NCBI GenBank assembly: GCA_032250835.1
Contig: JAVVEA010000008.1
Location: 64,001-128,000, forward strand
Direction of reading: 5' to 3'
Length of the DNA stretch: 64,000 bases
DNA from: a bacterium
Lineage (GTDB): Bacteria > SAR324 > XYD2-FULL-50-16
A program made the position numbers and the translations under genes. The notes below the pieces were generated by a model. The model searched no databases. It worked only from the letters and a program-made list of their open reading frames with translations, and was not told the DNA's origin. Positions 20,258 through 29,063 of this stretch are shown here, in pieces; within the stretch, counting starts at the first letter, position 1, and the number at the start of each line of letters is the position of its first letter.

Positions 20258-20914
20258 ATGACCGATAAAAATCCCGATCTACTGGTTGCCGTAAAGCAAC
20301 TCCGCGCCCTCTCCAAAGCACTCTACCAAGGCGATGCTCCGGCGCTGGCCCAAGGGGCGGCCAGGTGGGACGCCCTGATACGCGTGCCCAGGGGTCTGCA
20401 ATACCTCGCGGAAGTGATCGCCCAAGAACAGGTCGCCCAAGTTAAGGGGGACCCTAATGCGGCTAGTTTAAAGGCCAACCCTTTCCCAGCCCTTTGGGTC
20501 AAGGGGCTGGTTTTTATGTGTATCGTCTTGGTGATTGGTTGGGTGCTGTACCGCTATGGTTCCGTTGAAGGCGGTTGGTTTGGGCTGCGGTTGGTCGGCG
20601 CTTTTTTGATGTTCAGTTCCCCTTTAGGTCTGATTTTGGGGCGTTCGCGGGCGGTGTGTCCCGGCTGTGCCCAGGTTAGCTCGGATTTTGCGGACCAGTC
20701 GCTGGTTACCGAAGAGGCGGTTTTGCCGCTGCATTCCTGCGAACGCTGCGGTAAAACTTTTTTCCGCTACCGGGGCACCATGTTGTTTGAGCGCCACCAA
20801 CGGCCCGAATTGTTGTTTCCCCAAGAGCTTGCCTCAAAGGCCCAAGACCAACCGATCCAGTGGCTACAAGACCGTAAACAGCTAACCCAGATTTTAAATG
20901 GAGCAAAGGCATGA
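20258..20914 (+). CDS. Two-TM membrane protein with C-terminal zinc ribbon (paralog 2)
   Basis: CPGC-x23-CERC, FFRYRGTMLFERHQRPELL. Confidence 0.75.
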   Translation: MTDKNPDLLVAVKQLRALSKALYQGDAPALAQGAARWDALIRVPRGLQYLAEVIAQEQVAQVKGDPNAASLKANPFPALWVKGLVFMCIVLVIGWVLYRYGSVEGGWFGLRLVGAFLMFSSPLGLILGRSRAVCPGCAQVSSDFADQSLVTEEAVLPLHSCERCGKTFFRYRGTMLFERHQRPELLFPQELASKAQDQPIQWLQDRKQLTQILNGAKA

Positions 20915-21573
20915 GCGGTGACAACCGGACGCAACGGGTCTACCAGCTACGCGAACTTTCCGGCGAAATCGCCAACTTTTTGGCCCAAGGCAAGCCCGAA
21001 GAGGCCCTTGCGTTGAGCCAGCGGGTTTGGGGTCAGCTGCAGGCTGGTGACCGGATGCCCGCCGGGCAAGCAGCGCTGTTGCATAAAGTCGCGGCCACCG
21101 CCGAAGAGGCCTTAGGCCCCCAAAACAACCGACTGCACCCGACGGTAAACAACAGCGGGGCGCTGCTTTGGCGCGCCGCCAAATATGTAGGGATCGCCGC
21201 CATCACCGCCGCCATGGGCTATTTTTTGGCCGAAGAGCGGGGCGATTGGTATTGGTGGCTGCTCTTTTGGTTCGGCCTCTTGTGCATGGTCGCCATCACC
21301 CGCGTCCCCTATATCCCCGACGGTCCGGCCGACTGCCCCCGCTGCACCCGCACGGCCGCCACGCCGACCGAAGAGGTCTTTTTGACCGAAACCGAGGCCT
21401 TCCGTATCTACCAATGTAAGTCCTGCCAGACCCGCTTCTTTCGGCTAGGTGAAGCGACGCTGCTCGAAGATCACAGCGCTCCGCAGCTAATCAAACCCCA
21501 ACAAGCCGCCCAAGAACTGCTCAGCCCGACTTTAGAGGGCGGCTTGGTGGACTTGGGCGAGGTGGAATTGTGA
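20911..21573 (+). CDS. Two-TM membrane protein with C-terminal zinc ribbon (paralog 3)
   Basis: CPRC-x23-CKSC, FFRLGEATLLEDHSAPQLI; ATGA overlap with paralog 2. Confidence 0.75.
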   Translation: MSGDNRTQRVYQLRELSGEIANFLAQGKPEEALALSQRVWGQLQAGDRMPAGQAALLHKVAATAEEALGPQNNRLHPTVNNSGALLWRAAKYVGIAAITAAMGYFLAEERGDWYWWLLFWFGLLCMVAITRVPYIPDGPADCPRCTRTAATPTEEVFLTETEAFRIYQCKSCQTRFFRLGEATLLEDHSAPQLIKPQQAAQELLSPTLEGGLVDLGEVEL

Positions 21574-21612
21574 GGCCCGAGGGGGCCTTGGCCCCGATAG
21601 GCTAGGTAGGAG

Positions 21613-22083
21613 ATGTTCAAGCGAAATCACCTGGCCCTTACCGCCATCTTTCTGTGGGTCCTGACCCTGGTGGTTTTCGGCTATTTTGTTTACTTCGGGA
21701 CGCTGACCGGCGAAGTCGAAGGGGGCCGCAAGGTGATCCAGGTAACAGCCAGCGAGTTGGCCTTCATCCAAGAGCGGATGATTTTTTCCTTAAAACAAAT
21801 CGCCCAGATCCAAGCCGCCTTGGCCGTAGAGGACTTGAAAGCCATCGTCGAGCCCGCCCGCAGCCTGGGCCGGGGCAACGGCGTCGAAGCCCCCAAGAGC
21901 CTACCCTTAAAAATGCCCTTCGATTTTAGGCGCTTGATCGTCACCAACCAAGAAATCTTCTCCGGCATGGCCGAAAAGTCCGCCCAGGGAGCCTTCCCTT
22001 CAGAACTCCAAGAAGACCTCACCCGCGTCTTAAAAAACTGCCATGAGTGCCACGCGAAGTTTAAGGTGGTGGCGGGGGAATAA
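21613..22083 (+). CDS. Membrane-anchored monoheme class II (c'-like) cytochrome c
   Basis: N-terminal TM anchor, helical body, single C-terminal CHECH heme motif; AGGAG RBS. Confidence 0.8.
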   Translation: MFKRNHLALTAIFLWVLTLVVFGYFVYFGTLTGEVEGGRKVIQVTASELAFIQERMIFSLKQIAQIQAALAVEDLKAIVEPARSLGRGNGVEAPKSLPLKMPFDFRRLIVTNQEIFSGMAEKSAQGAFPSELQEDLTRVLKNCHECHAKFKVVAGE

Positions 22084-22101
22084 TGGTATCTTTTGGAACT
22101 A

Positions 22102-23097
22102 TTACTTCAGTATACGATCAGCAATCAAATTTGCCACGACACCAAAACCTAATGAGACAATGGAATAAAGTAGGCTATTAATCAAATATCGCTTTCTGGC
22201 AATTTTATCAGTTTGAATCAACTTTTCGTCCCCTTTGTTCAATTTAATGTATGTCGCGTGATTGATTTTTGTGGCGTATTCTTCAACGAGCATCCCAATC
22301 TGTGTTCCTGCTTTATGAAAGATGTACATAAAAAATATTGATATAATTAGGAAACTTGCCTGTTGATGGGGCATGCTCACCGAAAAGTACTTGAATATTT
22401 GTGCTGAATTTTCAGCAATAAAATAGGAAATGAAGCCAAAAAATGCCAGTTGAAATCCAGGCCGATAGAACTTTCTCAAGCCTTTGAATATTTTGATCGG
22501 CTTTGAATGCGTATCGTTTGGTAGCCCTTTTAACCATTCTTCGAAAGCAGCCTTTACAGTGTTTGCAATTATGAAATCCACATAAGTAATCTCTATAGCT
22601 GCTGTTACAAAGTCTATTAGGTCGAATAGTTGGTAGGGTACTTTTTGGCCTACCTCTTTCATCCAAGCAACGCCTGAAACAAGGTGTATTTCAATTTTAT
22701 AAGGCTGTGGGTGATCTGTGTCCTGAGTGTGTTTGACAAAATTGTATTCGAGCATTACTCGGGAAACTGGGTTGATCCCGTTTTGATTGTATGAATGAAA
22801 TTTATCAAACGAACTAAAGCGAGAAGTTTCACTTTCGCTATGAAAAACCCAAACAGTGCAACCATGCCTAGATACGCCTAGTGTCCGAAGGACTTGGAGT
22901 ATCTTGATGTTTAGCTGGGCAAGCTCTTGAAATTCCAACTGAAACGGCTCAGAGTATTCGTTTTTTTGCTTGTCTGTTTTTCCCGTAACTAGATGATAAT
23001 ATTCTTGAAATTGGTGAACATCAATTGCCAGGTTACTAGTAGTCTCAGTTCTTTGATAGCTAACGGAACTTGATGTGTTTGATGGTTGATTCTCCAA
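22102..23097 (-). CDS. AT-rich hypothetical membrane protein (soluble N-domain plus about 3 C-terminal TM helices), probably horizontally acquired
   Basis: 331-codon ORF in a visibly AT-rich segment; TTG start; no family recognised. Confidence 0.7.
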   Translation of the reverse strand: MENQPSNTSSSVSYQRTETTSNLAIDVHQFQEYYHLVTGKTDKQKNEYSEPFQLEFQELAQLNIKILQVLRTLGVSRHGCTVWVFHSESETSRFSSFDKFHSYNQNGINPVSRVMLEYNFVKHTQDTDHPQPYKIEIHLVSGVAWMKEVGQKVPYQLFDLIDFVTAAIEITYVDFIIANTVKAAFEEWLKGLPNDTHSKPIKIFKGLRKFYRPGFQLAFFGFISYFIAENSAQIFKYFSVSMPHQQASFLIISIFFMYIFHKAGTQIGMLVEEYATKINHATYIKLNKGDEKLIQTDKIARKRYLINSLLYSIVSLGFGVVANLIADRILK

Positions 23098-23280
23098 TAT
23101 TTACCCCAGATTACTATAGGTTGAAATACGTGCAGATATTACAAAGTCAGAATGTTCATATCAACATAAAAAAAGCCTCAAGCTATAGGCAATCTTGATA
23201 TTGTCTTAGGAAAGCAAGTTCCATGAAGCTTTCTTCAACACAAGGATTGGCTTGGGTGGATGCCGCTAAAATTGATCAGC

Positions 23281-24183
23281 CTAAATCTCCCCCATCAGCG
23301 CCAAATACCCTTCATAAACCTCGCGGTCCAGCAGTTCCTTTTGCACTTCGGCTTTGACGTTGCAGTGGGGTTCGTGGGTGTGGGTGCAGTCGGCGTGTTT
23401 GCAGTGGCCGCTGTAGTCTTTGATCAAGGGGAAGTGGAAGCGCAGGTTGTCTTTGGTCGCCCCCCAAAGGCTGAACTCGCGGATGCCCGGCGTGTCGATC
23501 ACCTGGCCCGCTTCGCCGATGGAGATCATGCGGGCGTAGGTGGTGGTGTGGGCTCCCTTTTGGGTCTTCTCGCTGATCTCGCCTACTTTGAGGTCCAAGC
23601 CCGGAAAGAGCCGGTTGATCAGGCTCGACTTGCCCACCCCCGAAGGGCCCGAAAAGACGCAGACGCTGCTGCCGATCAACTCGGCCAAGCGGGCATCGTC
23701 GGCACTGCCGCCTTTACTGCTGAATAAAATTTCTAAGTCGATATTTAAGAAGGGGCGCAGGAAGGGCAGGTCTTTGTGGTGGTGGACCAAGTCCATTTTG
23801 GTCATCACCAAGACCGGGCGCACGTTGCCCAAGCTGGCGGCAACCAACATCCGCCAAACCAATCCGGCGCGCGGGTCCGGCTGTTTGGCCGCCAAGCTGA
23901 TGAACATCACGTCCACATTAGCGGCAATCACCTGTTCGGCCTCAATGCCCACCCGGGCGCGGGACAAGAAGGATTTGCGTTCTTCTAGGGCGCTGATCAG
24001 GCCGATGTCCTCGCCTTCGCCCATACGGTAACTGACCCGGTCCCCCACGGCGATTTGGTTGTCGAACTTGCTCTTTTGGAAGAGCGCTCCTTTGGCTTTA
24101 CACTCTACTTCGACCCCCTCGGGGGTGCGTAAGTAATAAAAACCTTTGGTGCGGCGGGCCACGGTGGCGATCAGCTCGGACAT
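23281..24183 (-). CDS. rsgA: Ribosome small-subunit-dependent GTPase A
   Basis: TKMD (G4), GPSGVGKS (G1), HTT, DTPG and CKHADCTHTHEPHC Zn motif. Confidence 0.95.
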   Translation of the reverse strand: MSELIATVARRTKGFYYLRTPEGVEVECKAKGALFQKSKFDNQIAVGDRVSYRMGEGEDIGLISALEERKSFLSRARVGIEAEQVIAANVDVMFISLAAKQPDPRAGLVWRMLVAASLGNVRPVLVMTKMDLVHHHKDLPFLRPFLNIDLEILFSSKGGSADDARLAELIGSSVCVFSGPSGVGKSSLINRLFPGLDLKVGEISEKTQKGAHTTTYARMISIGEAGQVIDTPGIREFSLWGATKDNLRFHFPLIKDYSGHCKHADCTHTHEPHCNVKAEVQKELLDREVYEGYLALMGEI

Positions 24184-24253
24184 AATACCAGGGGGTTGGG
24201 GGGCAATAATTGAGTCTTGTCTAGGTTAGCCCAACGGCCCCCTTAAGGCAAGA

Positions 24254-24673
24254 CTACCAAGTTCCCTGATTTTGCATCGACTTCCAGGGTTCCTCGGGCG
24301 GCAGCGGCTCGCCTTCTTGCAACAGCTCGATGCTGATCCCGTCGGGGCTTTTGACAAAGGCCATGTGCCCGTCTCGGGGCGGGCGGTTGATCACAATGCC
24401 TTGGTCTTGTAGGCGCTGGCAAAACTGGTAGATGTTCTCCACCGAAAGGGCCAAATGCCCAAAGTTGCGGCCCTGGCTGTAAGTTTCGGGCTCGTCCCAA
24501 TTGTAGGTCAGTTCCAGCTTGGTCTCGTTTTCGCCCAACTGCAAGAAGACCAGCGTAAACCGGCCCTCGTGAAATTCACGCCGCCAAGTTTCATGAAAGC
24601 CCATCTGCTCTACCCAGAACTTCAGCGAGGTTTCTAAATCAAAGACCCGGATCATGACATGCAAAAACTTCAT
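24254..24673 (-). CDS. gloA: Lactoylglutathione lyase / VOC family protein
   Basis: HVMIRV, GRFTLVFL, LELTYNW, FGHLA and SPDGISIEL motifs. Confidence 0.88.
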   Translation of the reverse strand: MKFLHVMIRVFDLETSLKFWVEQMGFHETWRREFHEGRFTLVFLQLGENETKLELTYNWDEPETYSQGRNFGHLALSVENIYQFCQRLQDQGIVINRPPRDGHMAFVKSPDGISIELLQEGEPLPPEEPWKSMQNQGTW

Positions 24674-24799
24674 CAGTCCTCTTGGGGAAAATTAGGGGGA
24701 ATGGTGAGGGGGCGCACTTGAGCTTTTTGTCGGCATCGGCTAAAGATTATAGATTACGCCCAATTTGTATAGTTACCGACCATCTTAGGGGAAGTTTCG

Positions 24800-26200
24800 A
24801 TGAAAAAGACGATGTTTCAAAAGATCTGGGATGCCCATGTGGTCTTCGAAGAGCCGGGCTTGACCCCCTTGCTCTACGTGGACCGGCATCTGATGCACGA
24901 GGTGACCAGTCCTCAGGCTTTTGAAGGCCTGCGCCAACGCAGCCGCCAGATCCATCGCCCCGAAGCGGTTTTGGCCACTATGGACCATTGTATCCCGACC
25001 ATCAACCGGGATCAACCCATTGCTGACCCCATTGCCGCCAAACAAGTCCAGACGCTGCAAGACAACTGCGATGCTAACGGCTTGAACTTGTTTAATATGC
25101 ACAGCCCCAACAACGGCATCATCCACGTGGTGGCTCCGGAAAACGGCTTCACCCATCCGGGCATGGTGATCGTCTGCGGCGATTCGCACACCGCCACCCA
25201 CGGCGCTTTTGGGGCTTTGGCCTTTGGTATCGGCACCAGCGAGGTGGAGCATGTTTTGGCGACCCAGACGCTACCCCAGAAGAAGGGCAAGACGATGTTG
25301 ATCTCCGTCGAGGGCAGCCTCAAGCCCGGCGTGACCTCTAAAGACGTGACCATGGCCATCATCGGCAAGATCGGCACCGCGGGCGGCACCGGGTATATTG
25401 TGGAATATGCCGGCAGCACCATCCGCGAAATGAGCATGGAAGGGCGCATGACCCTCTGCAACATGGCTATTGAAGCCGGTGCCCGCGCCGGTATGGTGGC
25501 GCCAGACGAAAAAACCTTTGAGTACCTTAAGGGCAAAAAACATGCACCCCAGGCGGACCAATGGGACCAAGCGGTAGCTTACTGGAAGAGCATGGCCACC
25601 GACGAAGGCGCTACTTTTGACGCCGTGGTGGAACTGAAAGCCGAAGAGATCGAGCCGCAAATCACCTGGGGCACCAGCCCCGAGCAGGTGATTTCGGTCA
25701 ATCAAAGCGTTCCCGCCCCGGCGGACATGGACGAGGCGGGCAAACAATTGGCGGTCAAGAATGCGCTGGCCTATATGGGCTTAAGCGCCGGGCAGAAGAT
25801 GACCGACGTGACCCTGGATTGGGTTTTTATCGGCTCTTGCACCAACAGCCGCATCGAAGACATGCGCGCCGCCGCCGCCGTGGCCAAAGGCAAGCAGGTG
25901 AACCCCAAGGTCCGCGCTATTGTCGTGCCGGGGTCTTATCCGGTCAAGCTGCAGGCCGAGGCCGAAGGCTTAGACAAGATCTTCACCGCCGCCGGTTTTG
26001 AATGGCGCGAGCCCGGCTGCAGTATGTGCTTGGCCATGAATGGCGACGAACTAAAGCCCGGTGAACGCTGCGCCTCGACCAGCAACCGCAACTTTGAAGG
26101 TCGCCAAGGCAAGGGCGGACGCACCCATTTGGTCAGCCCCGCCATGGCCGCCGCTGCCGCCATCGAAGGCCGGTTTGTGGATATCCGCAACTGGAATTAA
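24800..26200 (+). CDS. leuC: 3-isopropylmalate dehydratase large subunit
   Basis: [47 protein letters not shown]. Confidence 0.98.
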   Translation: MKKTMFQKIWDAHVVFEEPGLTPLLYVDRHLMHEVTSPQAFEGLRQRSRQIHRPEAVLATMDHCIPTINRDQPIADPIAAKQVQTLQDNCDANGLNLFNMHSPNNGIIHVVAPENGFTHPGMVIVCGDSHTATHGAFGALAFGIGTSEVEHVLATQTLPQKKGKTMLISVEGSLKPGVTSKDVTMAIIGKIGTAGGTGYIVEYAGSTIREMSMEGRMTLCNMAIEAGARAGMVAPDEKTFEYLKGKKHAPQADQWDQAVAYWKSMATDEGATFDAVVELKAEEIEPQITWGTSPEQVISVNQSVPAPADMDEAGKQLAVKNALAYMGLSAGQKMTDVTLDWVFIGSCTNSRIEDMRAAAAVAKGKQVNPKVRAIVVPGSYPVKLQAEAEGLDKIFTAAGFEWREPGCSMCLAMNGDELKPGERCASTSNRNFEGRQGKGGRTHLVSPAMAAAAAIEGRFVDIRNWN

Positions 26201-26226
26201 ACGGTTCAAACAGGAGTTTTTGATAG

Positions 26227-26838
26227 ATGGAAGCCTTTACCCAACTGACCGGCGTCGCGGCGCTGTTGAACCGCGACAACATCGACACGGACCAAATCAT
26301 TGCCAAGCAGTTTTTAAAAAAGACCGAAAAGACGGGCTTCGGCAAGCACCTGTTTCACGACTGGCGTTACGACGCAGCAGGCAAGGAAAACCCGGAATTT
26401 GAGTTGAACAATCCCGCCTTTAAGGGTGCGTCCATCTTGGTGACCGGCGACAACTTTGGCTGTGGTTCTTCACGCGAGCACGCCCCCTGGGCGATTGCCG
26501 ACTTTGGCCTGCGTGTCATTGTGGCCACCAGCTACGCGGACATTTTTTACAACAACTGCTTTAAAAACGGCATCTTGCCGATTGTAGCCACCGCCGCCCA
26601 GCGCGACCAGCTGGCTGGCGAGATCGAAGCGAACCCCGGCGTGGCCTTTACCGTTGACCTTGCCGCCCAAAAGATCAGCACCCCCGGCGGGCTGGAAGTG
26701 GGCTTTGAGATCGACGACTTCCGCAAGGAAAAGCTGCTCAAGGGCCTAGACGACATCGACACCTCTTTGTTGTTGATGGACCGGATTACCGCTTTTGAAG
26801 CAAAGCAGAAAGCACAACTTCCCTGGCTTTGGAAATAA
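26227..26838 (+). CDS. leuD: 3-isopropylmalate dehydratase small subunit
   Basis: NIDTDQII, NFGCGSSREHAPWA, ADIFYNN. Confidence 0.98.
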   Translation: MEAFTQLTGVAALLNRDNIDTDQIIAKQFLKKTEKTGFGKHLFHDWRYDAAGKENPEFELNNPAFKGASILVTGDNFGCGSSREHAPWAIADFGLRVIVATSYADIFYNNCFKNGILPIVATAAQRDQLAGEIEANPGVAFTVDLAAQKISTPGGLEVGFEIDDFRKEKLLKGLDDIDTSLLLMDRITAFEAKQKAQLPWLWK

Positions 26839-26839
26839 C

Positions 26840-28363
26840 ATGGCAAAGGACAACCGCAAGGTCTTGATCCTCGACACCACCCTACGCGACGGCGAACAGA
26901 CCCAGGGGGTTTCGTACGCACCGGCCGAAAAGGCCAACATCGCCAAGGCGCTCTTAGAGGTCTTGAAGGTGGACCGGGTCGAGGTTGCTTCGGCCCGCGT
27001 GTCCGAAGGGGAGAAACAGGCGGTTGCCTCGATCAACGCTTGGGCGAGCCAAAAGGGCTTTGCCGAGAAGGTCGAGGTCCTGGGCTTTGTGGATTTTAAT
27101 AAGTCCGTTGATTGGATCAAAGAAGCAGGCGGGCAGGTGATCAACCTGTTGACCAAAGGCAGCCTCAAACACTGCGAGGAACAGCTCAAAAAGTCCCCCG
27201 CCGCCCATTGGGAAGACATCAAAAAAACCATCGCCTACGCCCAGGAACAGGGCGTTCGGGTCAATGTGTATCTGGAAGACTGGTCCAACGGGTATAAAGA
27301 CTCGCCGGACTACGTTTTTGAGATGATGGACGCTCTGGCGGATCAGCCGATCGAGCACTTTATGCTGCCCGATACCTTGGGTGTGATGGGCCCCGAAGAG
27401 GTCTATTTGGCCTTAGAAGACATGATTGGCCGCTGGCCCGAAAAGAGCTTCGACTTCCACCCGCACAACGATTACGGCCTAGCCACCGCCAACGTCCTGG
27501 CGGCGGTCCGCGCCGGGGTCAAGACCGTGCATTGCACCATCAACTGCATGGGCGAGCGGGCGGGCAACGCCAGTTTGGCTGAAGTAGCGGTGAACCTGCG
27601 CGACCGCTTCTGTATGAAGCTGAACATTGTGGAAACGGAGTTGGTGACCCTCAGCCGGATGGTCGAGAACTTCAGCGGCAAGCGCATTGCCGACAACGCC
27701 CCCATTGTGGGCAGCAACGTCTTCACCCAAACGGCAGGCATCCACGCCGACGGGGACCACAAGGGCGGCTTGTATCAAAGCGACCTACGCCCCGAGCGCT
27801 TTGGCCGCAAGCACACCTATGCTTTGGGCAAGATGGCCGGTAAGGCCAGCTTGATCAAAAACCTAGAAGAACTGGGCTTGCACCTAAGCGAAGAGAACCA
27901 AAAGAAGGTGCTCAAGCGCATCATCGAGTTAGGCGACGCCAAGGCCGAGATCACCGCCGAGGACCTTGAATTTATCATTGCCGACGTGCTTGAAGCCGCC
28001 GGTTCGGACCGCTACAACCTACTTAACTGCACCATCACCAGCGGCCTGGAACTGGAATCTACAGTCAGTGTGCGGGTCAAGGTGGGCAAGAAAGAACGCC
28101 TCGCTTCGGGTATCGGCAACGGCGGCTTCGATGCCTTTGTACAGGCCATGAAGAAGATCACCGAACCCGAGTCCGTCAAGTTCCCCGAACTGCTGGACTA
28201 CGAAGTCCGCATCCCCAAGGGCGGCAAAACCAGCGCCCTGACGGAATGTATCATCACCTGGAAAGGGGCCGAGCGCAATTTTAAGACCCGCGGCGTACAC
28301 CACAACCAAGTCTTCGCCGCCGTGCACGCCACCATCAAAATGCTGAATCTGGTGGGGGGGTAA
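26840..28363 (+). CDS. cimA: DRE-TIM metallolyase, most likely Leptospira/Bacteroidetes-type (R)-citramalate synthase
   Basis: DTTLRDGEQ, NLLTKGS, VYLEDWSNG, FHPHNDY, GERAGNA and a C-terminal regulatory domain. Start ATG 26840 directly after the leuD stop. LeuA activity not excluded. Confidence 0.75.
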   Translation: MAKDNRKVLILDTTLRDGEQTQGVSYAPAEKANIAKALLEVLKVDRVEVASARVSEGEKQAVASINAWASQKGFAEKVEVLGFVDFNKSVDWIKEAGGQVINLLTKGSLKHCEEQLKKSPAAHWEDIKKTIAYAQEQGVRVNVYLEDWSNGYKDSPDYVFEMMDALADQPIEHFMLPDTLGVMGPEEVYLALEDMIGRWPEKSFDFHPHNDYGLATANVLAAVRAGVKTVHCTINCMGERAGNASLAEVAVNLRDRFCMKLNIVETELVTLSRMVENFSGKRIADNAPIVGSNVFTQTAGIHADGDHKGGLYQSDLRPERFGRKHTYALGKMAGKASLIKNLEELGLHLSEENQKKVLKRIIELGDAKAEITAEDLEFIIADVLEAAGSDRYNLLNCTITSGLELESTVSVRVKVGKKERLASGIGNGGFDAFVQAMKKITEPESVKFPELLDYEVRIPKGGKTSALTECIITWKGAERNFKTRGVHHNQVFAAVHATIKMLNLVGG

Positions 28364-28613
28364 ACCCTTCCCCCAGGTGGTTGAAGAGGGCCAGGGTACG
28401 CGAGAGCGTGCCTTCTGCCTAACTTGCCGGTCCCTTCTTGGACCAAAGGCCCCGCCCTGCCGCCTTGCTGGCTAGCTCTTAGCCTAAAATGATTGCCCCT
28501 GTCGGATAGATAGGGTAAACTCCCCGGTATTGATAACTTAAGTTTTCTCTGTAAATGGCTTCTGGCTCTAGCTTAACCAGCTATCCTCCCCAAAAGTTTT
28601 AGGTGCAACTAAA

Positions 28614-29063
28614 ATGTTTTTTGCTCGCTTAACTACCGGCCTCGTTGTGGCCGGACTGTTGTTTTTTGGTGGTTCTAGACAGGCCCTCGCGGTCGGCAAA
28701 GAAGCCCATTCTACCGTGATTGCCCTGATGTTAGTTAGCGGCAGCACCAGCCTTTACGACGGCGTGCAATTCAACAAGCTGGCCGACGAAAATAAGGGAT
28801 TGGAAACTGAGTATTCCACCACCACTAGCACGACCCGCCGCCTAGAAATCGAACAGAAATACAGTAAAAACAAAGAAGAGATGCAGTTGCTTGATAAGCG
28901 TATGGTATTGGCTGATCAGGTAACCCTTGCTTTTGCCGGTCTGGAAGTCGTTTTATTGCTGCAAACGGGCTTAGAGAAATTGTTTAGTGACGGGCGGCAT
29001 TGGGAACTTCGGCCCATGGTCCGCCGCGAAGGTTCCGGGTTTGAATTTAGTTGGAAATATTAA
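28614..29063 (+). CDS. Secreted hypothetical protein with helical hairpin and C-terminal beta-signal
   Basis: Signal peptide (ALA), ends GFEFSWKY; TAATG-coupled to the next gene. Confidence 0.6.
   Translation: MFFARLTTGLVVAGLLFFGGSRQALAVGKEAHSTVIALMLVSGSTSLYDGVQFNKLADENKGLETEYSTTTSTTRRLEIEQKYSKNKEEMQLLDKRMVLADQVTLAFAGLEVVLLLQTGLEKLFSDGRHWELRPMVRREGSGFEFSWKY

Noticed and set aside
23260-24031. ORFs 23260..23727 and 23540..24031
   Set aside because: Antisense to rsgA, which has complete family motifs.
24674-24799. Leucine attenuator or T-box upstream of leuC
   Set aside because: Short divergent intergenic region with no Leu-rich leader peptide, terminator or T-box motif.
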